64,000 nucleotides of DNA from positions 17,132-81,131 of the forward strand of contig JBEKZI010000002.1 in NCBI GenBank assembly GCA_049510055.1, written 5' to 3'. The notes beneath the pieces are model-generated. The model was not told the origin of the DNA, ran no database searches, and saw only the letters and a program-made list of their open reading frames with translations. The DNA is from Phycisphaerae bacterium (GTDB taxonomy: Bacteria; Planctomycetota; Phycisphaerae; SM23-33). Position numbers and translations under genes: made by a program. This document shows positions 40,859 to 49,698 of this stretch, piece after piece; the stretch's first letter is position 1, and every line of letters starts with the position of its first letter.

Positions 40859-41637
40859 GCGATCCGCACATCCTGGCGGCCAAGGACCTGGTCTTCGCCT
40901 ATGAATTGGACCGGCCCGTGCTGCGCGGCGTGAGCCTGACCGCCGCAGCCGGCAAGCTGCTGTGCGTGCTTGGACCCAACGGTTCCGGCAAGACCACGCT
41001 GCTGCGTTGCCTGCTGGGACAGCTCCGCCCGGTAGGCGGAGAGATACGCCTGGACGACAAGCCCCTGGGCCGATATTCCCGCCGCGGCCTGGCGCGGCTG
41101 ATGGCCTATGTGCCGCAGACGCCGCAATCGGCCTTTGCGTTCACCGTGCAGGAGCTGGTGTTGATGAGCCGGCTGTCGCACACCGGCCTGCTGGGCCTGG
41201 TGGGCCAGCACGACCTGGCCGTGGCGCATCAGGCGATGAGGATGACCGGTGTGGCGGAGCTGGCCGACCGGACGCTGGAAGAATTGTCCGGCGGCGAGGC
41301 CCAGTGCGCGATGGTGGCCCGCGCGCTGGCCCAGCAGCCGTCGGTGATGATGCTGGACGAGCCTACCAGCCACCTGGACCTGCGCAATCAGCTCGTGGTC
41401 AATCGCATGATGCAGCGGCTGGCGCACGAGTGGGGAATGGCCGTGGTGTGCATCAGCCACGACGTAAACCTGGCCGCGCGGTTTGCCGATGAACTGATGC
41501 TGATGCGCGCCGGGGAAGTCGTGGCCGCCGGGGAGGCCTCGGCCGTCATTCGCGAGGACCTGCTGGAGCAAACCTACGATGTGAAGGTCGAGCTGATTCC
41601 CACCGGCGAGGCGATGCCGGTGGTGCGGGCGAAATAG
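40855..41637 (+). CDS. ABC transporter ATP-binding protein (BtuD/FecE-like)
   Basis: ATGA overlap with the upstream permease. Walker A GPNGSGKTT and signature LSGGEAQCAMVARAL are present. Confidence 0.9.
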   Translation: MSDPHILAAKDLVFAYELDRPVLRGVSLTAAAGKLLCVLGPNGSGKTTLLRCLLGQLRPVGGEIRLDDKPLGRYSRRGLARLMAYVPQTPQSAFAFTVQELVLMSRLSHTGLLGLVGQHDLAVAHQAMRMTGVAELADRTLEELSGGEAQCAMVARALAQQPSVMMLDEPTSHLDLRNQLVVNRMMQRLAHEWGMAVVCISHDVNLAARFADELMLMRAGEVVAAGEASAVIREDLLEQTYDVKVELIPTGEAMPVVRAK

Positions 41638-41654
41638 AGAGGCGCAGAGCAGAA

Positions 41655-42596
41655 ATGGACCGTCGGTGCATTCAGGGTTTGGAGTCGCTGCCCGCCGAGG
41701 TGCGGGGCGGCGTGCTGACCATCGGCAACTTCGATGGCGTGCACCTGGGCCACCAGAGGATCCTGGATACCGCCCGCGGCCTGGCCGACGCCCAAAACGC
41801 CGCCGTGATCGCCCTGACGTTCGACCCGCCGCCGGACCTGGTCCTTCGGCCGGCCGACCCGCCCCGGCGGATCTCGCCTCACGCCGAGCGGTGCCGCCTG
41901 CTGCTGGACGGCGGGGCCGATTGGGTGGTCACGCTAAAGGCCGAGCCGGCCCTGCTGGGCATGGAGCCGGATGAGTTCGTCCCCAAAGTGCTTCTGGGGC
42001 CGTTCGCCCCCGCGCACCTGGTGGAGGGAGAGGACTTTTTCTTCGGCCGCGGGCGCAGCGGCACAGTGCGGACGCTGGAAGACTGGGGCCGGCGTGCGGG
42101 CTTCGGCGTGCACGTCATCGAGGCCGTCACACTGGACTTTCCCGAGGGCGCCAGCCGGATTTCCAGCTCGCTGATTCGCAGCCTCATCGTCGCCGGCCGG
42201 GTCGCCGACGCCCACCGCTGCCTGGGCCGGGAATTCACCCTGTTCGGCACGGTGGTCGCCGGCCAGGGCCAGGGCCGCACGATGCAATTTCCCACCGCCA
42301 ACATCGAGCCGACCGAGCAGGTCGTTCCCGCTGACGGCATCTACGCCGGCCGGGCGGTCGTCGGCGGCCGGCGCACGCCCGCGGCGATCAGCATCGGCCA
42401 CAAGCCCACGCTGGGGCCGATCCCCGGCCGCGCGGTCGAGGCGTATCTGCTGCACATCGACGCCGACTGCTACGGCCAGCCGATGCAGCTGAGCTTCGTC
42501 GCCCGCCTGCGCGACCAGCAAAAGTTCGCCGGCGTGGATGAGCTACGGGCGCAAATCGCAAAGGACGTGGAGCGTGTCCGCCAAATCTGCCGGTAA
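41655..42596 (+). CDS. ribF: bifunctional riboflavin kinase / FMN adenylyltransferase
   Basis: FAD synthetase N-terminus (LTIGNFDGVHLGHQ) and riboflavin kinase C-terminus (GRTMQFPTANI...). Confidence 0.9.
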   Translation: MDRRCIQGLESLPAEVRGGVLTIGNFDGVHLGHQRILDTARGLADAQNAAVIALTFDPPPDLVLRPADPPRRISPHAERCRLLLDGGADWVVTLKAEPALLGMEPDEFVPKVLLGPFAPAHLVEGEDFFFGRGRSGTVRTLEDWGRRAGFGVHVIEAVTLDFPEGASRISSSLIRSLIVAGRVADAHRCLGREFTLFGTVVAGQGQGRTMQFPTANIEPTEQVVPADGIYAGRAVVGGRRTPAAISIGHKPTLGPIPGRAVEAYLLHIDADCYGQPMQLSFVARLRDQQKFAGVDELRAQIAKDVERVRQICR

Positions 42597-43560
42597 AGTT
42601 CCTGCCAAAGTGCTGGCCGCCCTGCGCAAGGCCGGGTCGCTGCTGGTCGTGACGCACGCCCGGCCGGACGGCGACGCCCTGGGCTCGATGGCGGCGCTGA
42701 CGCGGTCGGCCCGCGCCGCCGGCAAGACGGTCGCAATGCTCATGCCGGACGGCGTCCCGATGCGCTACGCATTCCTGTTCGCCGCCGAGACGCCCGCCGG
42801 CGTGGAGCGGTTCGCCGAGCTGGCGGGCCGGGCGGAACTGGTCGTGATCGTGGACACCAGCGTGCTGAGCCAGCTGGACGGCTTGGACAAGCACCTTCCG
42901 GCCGTGGCGGATAAGCTCCTGATTATCGACCACCACGCCACGCCAGGCCAGTTAGGCGGCCTCTTGTGGAGCGATCCTTCCGCGGCCGCCTGCGGCGTGA
43001 TGTTGGCGGAGCTGATCGAGGCCCTGGGCTGGCCGATGGACCAAGCGACGGCCGAGGCGATGCTGACGGCCATCGTCAGCGACACGGGCTGGTTCCAGTT
43101 CGCCAACACCGACGCCCGCTGCCTCCGCCGCGCCGCGGCGCTGCTGGAAGCCGGCGTGGCCGCCACTGGCCTCTACGACCGCTTGTTCCGCAACGATCGG
43201 CCGCAGCGCCTGAAGCTGACCGCGCGGATGCTGGCGAGCCTGGAACTGCACGGCGAGGGGCAACTGGCCGTGATGACGATCCGCAAGGCCGACTTCGCCG
43301 CCGCCGGCGCCAAGGCCGAGGAGACGGAAAACCTCATCAACGAGGCCCTGCGCATCGGCAGCGTGGAGGCGGCGGTCCTGCTGACGGAGGTGGACGGCAT
43401 GACCCGCGTCAGCCTCCGCAGCCGCCGGCGAATCGACGTCTCCGCCGTCGCCCAGCGCTTCGGCGGCGGGGGGCATCAGCGCGCCGCCGGCTTCCGTAGC
43501 ACCGAACCCCTCGACGCCGTCAAGCCGCGCATCGTCCAAGCCGTGATCGAAGAGTTGTAA
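42538..43560 (+). CDS. nrnA: DHH-family bifunctional oligoribonuclease / pAp phosphatase NrnA
   Basis: DHH motifs (VTHARPDGDALGS, DHH at IIDHHAT) and a DHHA1 domain (GGGHQRAAG). The start is uncertain. The ATG at 42538 overlaps ribF by 59 nt; in-frame GTGs at 42574 and 42610 are alternatives. Confidence 0.8.
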   Translation: MSYGRKSQRTWSVSAKSAGKVPAKVLAALRKAGSLLVVTHARPDGDALGSMAALTRSARAAGKTVAMLMPDGVPMRYAFLFAAETPAGVERFAELAGRAELVVIVDTSVLSQLDGLDKHLPAVADKLLIIDHHATPGQLGGLLWSDPSAAACGVMLAELIEALGWPMDQATAEAMLTAIVSDTGWFQFANTDARCLRRAAALLEAGVAATGLYDRLFRNDRPQRLKLTARMLASLELHGEGQLAVMTIRKADFAAAGAKAEETENLINEALRIGSVEAAVLLTEVDGMTRVSLRSRRRIDVSAVAQRFGGGGHQRAAGFRSTEPLDAVKPRIVQAVIEEL

Positions 43561-43586
43561 CTCCAAGGCTTGTCCTGGTTCTTCCT

Positions 43587-43618
43587 AACAGTCGAACAGT
43601 CTAACAGTCTAATAGTCT
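43587..43618. repeat. tandem 8-bp repeat (AACAGTCT)x4, slightly degenerate
   Basis: The units are AACAGTCG, AACAGTCT, AACAGTCT and AATAGTCT. They lie directly after the nrnA stop and directly upstream of a TTGACA-N18-TAAAGT promoter-like element at 43627..43656. Confidence 0.6.
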
Positions 43619-44218
43619 AAAATTTCTTGACAGGGAGTGATGCACGCCGCTAAAGTTCTTTTCGTTGCAGGTGCCCGCAAGGGCCAACAGGGAAGGCCGT
43701 GAAAGTCGGCCGCGGACGCGCCGCTGTAACCGGCGACGACCGCCGCACGTAAGGCCACTGTCTCGACGCGTGGTCGGGATGGGAAGGCGCGGCGGAAGGA
43801 CGACCCGGGAGCCAGAAGACCTGCCTGCAACCAACCTGGTTGAGCCTCCGCGAGTCATCGGCTGACCGGATCGTGTTTTCTGACGCACGATGCCCCGGGG
43901 CCGCGGCGGACGCGAGGTTCCGGGGTTTTTCATGTGCGGCATGGCCGAGACGCGAACCGCTGGCCCGCCCAACGCGGCATTCGCCCGCCCGGCCTTCGCC
44001 TCCAATCCCCGACAGGTTGCCGATGGACCGGCCTTGCGCCCGGGCTCGCCCATCAGCCGCCATCCGGTGCGATAAGGGAAGGATCGAAAGGAACTCCAGG
44101 AACTTTAAAGAGTCGACACTGTGGTTTTGGTATGCACGCACGTCCCCCTGGCCTCTGGTCAGGGGGCAAGGAAGGCGGCGGCCGATGGGCCGCCCGAGAA
44201 GCTCGAAAGGATTGCATC

Positions 44219-44920
44219 ATGAGAGTTGTCACATTTGCGTTGATCGCGGGAATATCCCTGGCCTCCATGACCGCGGCCGGGGCGAGTTACGCCTACGTCG
44301 GCAGCGGCGACAAATTTGCCAAGGTGTTGTTGGAGTTCAGCGACGGGGCCATATACGCTTTCGGCGTGTCCTTCAGCGACGCCAACACCACCGGCATCGG
44401 CCTGATGGACCTCATCGAGTCCGGCACCACGCTGACCACGGTACGCGTGAACGATCCGTACTTTGGCACCTACATTGACGGCATCTCGTATGAAGGTCAC
44501 AGCAACTCCGGCTACGGCGGCGGGGCGATGTGGTGGCACTATTGGGGCAAGGACCCCTCAGCCGACTGGGCCCTGTCCTGGGTCGGCGCCAGCAGCCGCA
44601 TCGCCACCAACGGCTGCGCCGATGGATGGATTTACGGCCTGGACGACGCGCCGCGCCTGCCCGGCGACGCGACGGGAGACGTCAGCGTCGATGACGCCGA
44701 CTTCGGCGCGATCGCCAGAAACTGGATGCAGAGCGGCAGGACCTGGGCCGACGGCGACTTCACCGGCGATGGCGTCGTGAACGGCGACGACTTCAGCGCG
44801 TTGGCCCGGTTCTGGGGGTTCGGCCAGGCGCCTTCCTCGTCGGCTTCGATACCCGAGCCGGCCACGATTGTTTTGCTGGCCGGCGGTTCGCTGTTGTGGC
44901 TGCGACGAAACGTTGGATAG
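44219..44920 (+). CDS. PEP-CTERM protein with dockerin-like tandem repeats
   Basis: Signal peptide MRVVTFALIAGISLASMTAAGA. Dockerin-type Ca-binding-like repeats (GDVSVDDADFGAIARNW, GDFTGDGVVNGDDFSALARFW) are present. The C-terminus is IPEPATIVLLAGGSLLWLRRNVG. A paralogous C-terminal half is at 58289..59185. Confidence 0.75.
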   Translation: MRVVTFALIAGISLASMTAAGASYAYVGSGDKFAKVLLEFSDGAIYAFGVSFSDANTTGIGLMDLIESGTTLTTVRVNDPYFGTYIDGISYEGHSNSGYGGGAMWWHYWGKDPSADWALSWVGASSRIATNGCADGWIYGLDDAPRLPGDATGDVSVDDADFGAIARNWMQSGRTWADGDFTGDGVVNGDDFSALARFWGFGQAPSSSASIPEPATIVLLAGGSLLWLRRNVG

Positions 44921-45027
44921 TTGGATCGTTGGATGAAAGTTTTTCCGGCGGAAGGGCTCGGGCCCGGAGGGTTTTTTGTTAGTGGTGCTCGAGCCCCCGC
45001 TGGAATTTGCCGGAATTTGAAAAACCT

Positions 45028-45777
45028 ATGCACTGCAAAACGGCACATCACGCCTTCACGCTGCTGGAACTGCTGGTCGTCATTAGCATTATGACGTTGC
45101 TGATCGGCGCGATTCTGCCCTCGCTGGCCGCCTCCAAGGACCTGGCCCGATCGGCCACGTGCCTGACGAACCTGCACGCCCTGGGCGTGTCGATGGCCCT
45201 GTATCACAACGCCTCCAACGGGATGTTCTGGCCCTGCTACACCACCGGCAGCTATTTCTGGGGCACGTCGTCCGTGCCGGTGGACACGCAGCACAGCCCG
45301 CTGCTGGTCTATTGTGAAACGGGGCTGAGGACCTTCTGGTGTCCGCAGCTGCCGTGGGGCAGCTACGTGCCGCAAGGGCGCGTCAACGAGCCGACGACCA
45401 CCTATGGCTACAACGCCTGGTGCCTGGACCCGCCGTTCTGGGGGCGGAAGGACGCCAAGGGCAACCCCATGCCCACCAAGCGGATGGCGGATCTGAAAAA
45501 TCCGTCTGACCTGTTCGTCTTTGCCGACTCGGCCATGTTCTGGAAGCCGGCCGGCGTGCCGATCTTCCAGAACAGTACGTCGCTGGACCCCGTCACGCTG
45601 GGGGCCTGGGGGGACAACAAAACGCCCGCCACGCACTTCCGCCACATGGACAAGGTCAACGCCCTCACCGCCGACGGCAGGGCGGGCTCCTTCGGCCTGG
45701 AGGGCGGAACGATGCTCGACGCGGAGCACAAGCTGGGGTTTGTGGGAGCGAGCAATGTCCCGCATTATGATCAATAG
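45028..45777 (+). CDS. DUF1559 / H-X9-DG family protein with prepilin-type N-terminal cleavage-methylation domain
   Basis: N-terminus AFTLLELLVVISIMTLLIGAILP is a type IV pilin-like methylation motif. C-terminus HFRHMDKVNALTADG is the H-X9-DG motif. This family is characteristic of Planctomycetota/PVC genomes. Confidence 0.85.
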   Translation: MHCKTAHHAFTLLELLVVISIMTLLIGAILPSLAASKDLARSATCLTNLHALGVSMALYHNASNGMFWPCYTTGSYFWGTSSVPVDTQHSPLLVYCETGLRTFWCPQLPWGSYVPQGRVNEPTTTYGYNAWCLDPPFWGRKDAKGNPMPTKRMADLKNPSDLFVFADSAMFWKPAGVPIFQNSTSLDPVTLGAWGDNKTPATHFRHMDKVNALTADGRAGSFGLEGGTMLDAEHKLGFVGASNVPHYDQ

Positions 45778-46165
45778 CGCGATCGTCGCCGCGGTTCTGT
45801 TCGCGGCCTTGGCCTGGCCCGGCTGCTCCAAGGAGTACGCGCGCCGGCCGCTGGGCAAGGATGGACCCGAGGGCCAGGAAGTGCGGGGCATGGTCGCGGC
45901 CCTCCGCTCGGCTGACGCGACCGGGCTGGAAGCGGTCCTGCGGCGGCAGATGGCGGGCGGATTGACGGAGCTTCAGGCCCAGTCGCTGGAGGCGACATTG
46001 ATTCAACTGGCCAAGGCGGAGGCGGTGGAATTGGAGGCCCTGGATCGCTTCGGCGAGGACGTGACTCGCGCGGCCTTGCGCGTGACTTCGGGCGGCGCGT
46101 CGCGGACGGTGTGCCTGCTGCTGGTACGGGCCGACGGCCGACTTCGCTGGGCCGGCCGGAACTAG
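45755..46165 (+). CDS. hypothetical small lipoprotein
   Basis: 136 aa. A signal peptide with a Cys (AALAWPGC) is followed by an alpha-helical region. It overlaps the DUF1559 gene's stop by 23 nt, suggesting translational coupling. Confidence 0.45.
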   Translation: MSRIMINSAIVAAVLFAALAWPGCSKEYARRPLGKDGPEGQEVRGMVAALRSADATGLEAVLRRQMAGGLTELQAQSLEATLIQLAKAEAVELEALDRFGEDVTRAALRVTSGGASRTVCLLLVRADGRLRWAGRN

Positions 46166-47166
46166 CGCGTCGCCGTCTCCAGCTTTAGATTGTCCACCAG
46201 CTCGTTGACGCGCGCCATTTCCTCGGCGCTGAGGACCAGCGCGGCGGCCGCGGCGTTCTCGCGAGCCTGTTGGGCGTTTCGCGCCCCCACCAGCGCGGCG
46301 GTGACACCCGGCTGATGGATCGTCCACTGGATGACCACCTGCGACACCGTGGCCTTGTGGGCGGAAGCGATGGGGCGCAGCTCGTCCAGCATCGCGTTGA
46401 CTCGTTTGAGGTTCTCGCCCTTGAAATAAGGACTGTCGGGGCGATTGTCGCCCTTGGCGAACCGGCTGGCCTCGGTGAACTTACCGGTGAGCAGCCCGCG
46501 CTGCAGCGGGCTGTACGCCAGCACGGCCAGGCCGCGACGGCGGCACAAGGGGATGACGTCCTTCTCCAGGTCGCGCTTGACCATGCTGTAGGGCCCTTGG
46601 TAGGAGGCCAGGGGCACCCTCTTAGCGGCCTCCTCGGTCTCGGCGGCGGTGAAGTTGCTCACGCCGGCGGCGAGAATCTTGCCATCCTTCAGCAGCTTGT
46701 CCATGGCCTCCATCGTCTCGGCCACCGGCGTGGTGTGATCGCGCCAGTGGCATTGATACAGGTCGACGTGGTCGGTCTTCAGCCGCCGCAGGCTCCGCTC
46801 GCATTCCTCCAGGATGTCCTTCTTGCGGGCGTTGAGATAGAGCTTGACGGGCCGGCCGGCGTTGTCGGTGGACTCAAAGTAGAACTCGCCCTCCTGCTTG
46901 TCCCAGCGGATGCAGTATTTGGTGAGGATCTGCACCTTGTCGCGCTTCGGCCCAGCCAGGACTTTGCCGATAAGCTCCTCGCTGTAGCCGAATCCGTACA
47001 CGGGCGCCGTGTCGATGGAGGTGACGCCCTCGGCGACGGACGTTTCGATGGCGGCGACGGCGTCGGCCTCGTTCTGCGGACCCCACATCCAACTGCCGAT
47101 GGCCCAGGCCCCGAACGTCACGACCGAGACCTTCACGTCGCTGCTGCCCAGCTTGCGATATTCCAT
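46162..47166 (-). CDS. aldo/keto reductase family oxidoreductase
   Basis: AKR motifs (IDTAPVYGFGYSEELIGK, catalytic tetrad region, LAYSPLQRGLLTGK). Length is 334 aa. Confidence 0.9.
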   Translation of the reverse strand: MEYRKLGSSDVKVSVVTFGAWAIGSWMWGPQNEADAVAAIETSVAEGVTSIDTAPVYGFGYSEELIGKVLAGPKRDKVQILTKYCIRWDKQEGEFYFESTDNAGRPVKLYLNARKKDILEECERSLRRLKTDHVDLYQCHWRDHTTPVAETMEAMDKLLKDGKILAAGVSNFTAAETEEAAKRVPLASYQGPYSMVKRDLEKDVIPLCRRRGLAVLAYSPLQRGLLTGKFTEASRFAKGDNRPDSPYFKGENLKRVNAMLDELRPIASAHKATVSQVVIQWTIHQPGVTAALVGARNAQQARENAAAAALVLSAEEMARVNELVDNLKLETATR

Positions 47167-47260
47167 GAGCGGACTCCTTCGCCTCAGACTTCGGGGATAG
47201 CGGCTCGCCTCATTATAGGCGTGATTCGCAAAGCCGCCAGGGTCCGGCCATCATCGCCCG

Positions 47261-48463
47261 TCACCGCGACGGCGGGCTGACTGCCGCCGGGGTATGCCGG
47301 CCGACCCGCAGGGCGGCGAGAATGCTTCCGCCGGCCGCCAGCACGCCTGTCAGGAACGCCCAGGAGTAGCCCAAACGGCTCCACAGCAAGCCGCCCACCA
47401 GCGGCATCAGCACGGCCGCAACGTGGTTCATCGCGATCCCCATGCTGAGCGTGGAGGTGTGCTCGCGGGAGGGGGCGATGCGATTGACGTAGGTGGTCAG
47501 CGCCAGGGCGAAGACGAAGAACGCGTTGTCGACGACGTACAGCGCGTACAGCACCGCCCGGTTGGGGATGGTCGCGTAGCCGACGAAGAAAACCGTCAGG
47601 CAGCTGTAATAGAACAGCAGGATCTTCCGTTCGCCGATGCGGTCGATGAGCTTGCCGACGGCCGGGGAGGCGAAGTATCCGACGGTCTGGACGCAGCCGG
47701 ACAGCAGCAGCATGTGCGTCAGCGGCGCCCCGTAGACCTTCACCAGCAGGTAGGTGGCGAACGAGATCGATATCTGCTTGCGCCAGCCTTCCAGCAGGCA
47801 CAGGATGTAGTACAGTCCGTAGCGTCGCCGCAGCACCAGCGGGGCGCGCGAGGCGCGAATCTGCCGGGGAATGCCCAGGCACGCCGCCGCGGCCATCACC
47901 GCCGCGGCCGAGGCCACCAGGTACAGCGGGCGCATCGGCACGCCCAGGCGCGTCAGCACGTAGGCCCCGGCCAGCCCCGCCCCGAAGCCCAGGACGCTGC
48001 TGGCCTGGATTTGCCCCAGGCGGTGGCCCGCGCGGCCGGGCTCCGCCAGGGCCAGCGTTATGGAGTTGGGCAGCGGCATCCAGATGTGCAGGCCCTGGCT
48101 CCAGACCAGGCTCAGCAGCACGATCTGAGTGAAACTGCCGGCGCGAAAATAGGCCCCCAGGCCCACGGCTACCAGGATCAGCATGGCCGATCCGACCAGC
48201 GGTTCGGCCAGCCCCGCCATCAGCGCCAGCAGCAGGAAGGCGGTAATGCCGCAGCTTTCGCGGGCGGCCTCCAGAAAACCGAGCTGCTGGCCGGAAATCC
48301 TGATCTGTTCCCACAGGAAGTTGGCGTTCAGGCCCATCTGCAGGGCCATCGTGACGCCCGCCCCGGCCACCGCCCAGCCCAGGAAGAACAATCCCCGTCG
48401 CCGGTGAGCGGCGGCCGGGTCGGCGGCGACGGCGGACAGGGGAATGGGTTCTTCGCCAGGCAT
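47261..48463 (-). CDS. MFS transporter
   Basis: About 12 predicted TM helices. This is preferred over the overlapping alternate-frame ORF 47184..48482, which is Arg/Gly/Pro-rich. The ATG at 48463 is preferred; the ORF is open to 48502. Confidence 0.8.
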   Translation of the reverse strand: MPGEEPIPLSAVAADPAAAHRRRGLFFLGWAVAGAGVTMALQMGLNANFLWEQIRISGQQLGFLEAARESCGITAFLLLALMAGLAEPLVGSAMLILVAVGLGAYFRAGSFTQIVLLSLVWSQGLHIWMPLPNSITLALAEPGRAGHRLGQIQASSVLGFGAGLAGAYVLTRLGVPMRPLYLVASAAAVMAAAACLGIPRQIRASRAPLVLRRRYGLYYILCLLEGWRKQISISFATYLLVKVYGAPLTHMLLLSGCVQTVGYFASPAVGKLIDRIGERKILLFYYSCLTVFFVGYATIPNRAVLYALYVVDNAFFVFALALTTYVNRIAPSREHTSTLSMGIAMNHVAAVLMPLVGGLLWSRLGYSWAFLTGVLAAGGSILAALRVGRHTPAAVSPPSR

Positions 48464-48606
48464 GAAAGAGCGAAACGTACACGGGCGCGGGCCGCGATGC
48501 AACCCCGGCGCGCCGGCGCCATCCCTCTAACAGAAGCCCCGGCCGTAAGGCCGGGGATGATTTTGCCGAAGAGCACCATCCCCGCCCTGACGGGCGGGGC
48601 TTCTCA

Positions 48607-48690
48607 TTACGGCGCGGCTTCCAGGCGCAGGAAGTCGTACATGATGGCCATAACTTTCACATCGCTGCTGTCTAACACACGATATTCCAT
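48607..48690 (-). pseudogene. chimeric 27-codon remnant ORF (AKR 5' end fused to rhamnogalacturonan-lyase 3' end)
   Basis: It encodes MEYRVLDSSDVKV-MAIMYDFLRLEAAP*. The first 13 aa and the upstream RBS region are about 80% identical in DNA to the start of the AKR gene at 47166 (MEYRKLGSSDVKV). The last 14 aa match the C-terminus of the 49699..51552 protein (AIMYDFLRLEVAP*). Confidence 0.45.
48620..48649. repeat. left copy of 30-bp perfect direct repeat TCCAGGCGCAGGAAGTCGTACATGATGGCC
   Basis: Identical to 49713..49742. With 2 mismatches the similarity extends to about 41 bp. Together the two copies flank a roughly 1.06-kb low-GC insert. Confidence 0.85.
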
Positions 48691-48845
48691 CGCGGACTCC
48701 TTGTCTGGTGTGCCAATGGACAGTGAAACACGCTATCATAGGAAAGCCTTAGCGCCTGGAAGAAGATGTGACAATATGTATGCATCGCCGTTTCCCTACA
48801 ACCTAACCGGGAGCGGATAGGGCTGTTAGCGGAGAACATAGATAA

Positions 48846-49673
48846 ATGAGCAAAGAGGGGAAGCAAGAACCATTCTCGAAGCGGTACGGGCATGCTCCAG
48901 GCGATAGAGAGATAACAATCTGGGAAGATGCGCCAGCGGGTTTCCGCCACGTTGTCCTCGAAGCAGCCAAGCAAGAGTGTGGACTTACCCCGTCTATGTT
49001 ACGGGACATTGTCTGCCGCATCTTGCGGGTGCCACCCAATCCTCAAAACTGGTCAGAATACCCGAACATTTGGAACGAAGTTAAGGAGCTTGCCTCTACA
49101 TGCGAGTGGTACCGATTCTATGATATCGTAGAGACTATTGCCCAGTGCCGTAGGCAGCCATCATGGGGAGAGAGGGACGCTTTTTCCCAAGAGATAAACG
49201 ATTGCCTTCGTGAGATGGGCGTTGGGTGGCAACTTAAGGACAACCTGATCCAAATTCGTGGGAGCGATACCCACGAAGAACTCGTTCGTACCGCTATAGA
49301 GGTCATTTCGTCATCTGGTTTGAGCACTGCGCAAGGAGAAATCGCAGAGGCGATACGGGACTTATCGCGACGACCTGATCCGGATTTGTCCGGTTCAGTT
49401 CATCACGCTATGGCAGCTCTTGAGTGCGTTGCCAGAGAAGTCATTCAGGATGCTAAGCCTACTTTGGGTGATCTAGTTAGCAGACATCCGGAATGGTTCC
49501 CAAAACCACTCGACGAAATTGTGTCGAAGGCTTGGGGCTATGCCTCTGAGAATGCCCGGCACGGCAGGGAAGATCGCAAGCTAGATCGCACTGATGCGGA
49601 ACTGATTGTAGGTCTTTGCTCGGTGGTCACAACCTACTTGTTGCGGAAGAGAACAGAAAACAACCAAAGTTAG
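48846..49673 (+). CDS. putative AbiJ-like abortive-infection protein (AbiJ-NTD-like N-terminus with C-terminal HEPN-like R-x-HG motif); functional call tentative
   Basis: 275-aa ORF in a roughly 48% GC island. The N-terminus (FSKRYGHAPGDREITIWEDAPAGFRHVVLE) resembles the AbiJ N-terminal domain pattern FS.RYG..P.......E....R..L. The C-terminus (ENARHGRED) resembles the HEPN Rx4-6H motif. No database search was possible. Confidence 0.4.
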   Translation: MSKEGKQEPFSKRYGHAPGDREITIWEDAPAGFRHVVLEAAKQECGLTPSMLRDIVCRILRVPPNPQNWSEYPNIWNEVKELASTCEWYRFYDIVETIAQCRRQPSWGERDAFSQEINDCLREMGVGWQLKDNLIQIRGSDTHEELVRTAIEVISSSGLSTAQGEIAEAIRDLSRRPDPDLSGSVHHAMAALECVAREVIQDAKPTLGDLVSRHPEWFPKPLDEIVSKAWGYASENARHGREDRKLDRTDAELIVGLCSVVTTYLLRKRTENNQS

Positions 49674-49698
49674 TGGGGTCTCATACAACATAAACGAC

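Noticed and set aside
43601-44141. ORFs 43601..44053 (-), 43650..44141 (-), 43840..44478 (+) in the nrnA to PEP-CTERM intergenic region; also a tmRNA or RNase P RNA
   Set aside because: The translations are Arg/Gly/Pro-rich with no motifs. The tmRNA termini (GGGG…/…UCCACCA T-arm) and the RNase P conserved blocks (GGAAAGUCCGGGCUCC, ACAGAA.CCGGCUUA) are absent on both strands. The region is kept only as an unexplained non-coding region in the findings.
47184-48482. 432-aa minus-strand ORF overlapping the MFS transporter gene in another frame
   Set aside because: Its product is Arg/Gly/Pro-rich and non-hydrophobic. The 47261..48463 frame encodes about 12 TM helices typical of the MFS.
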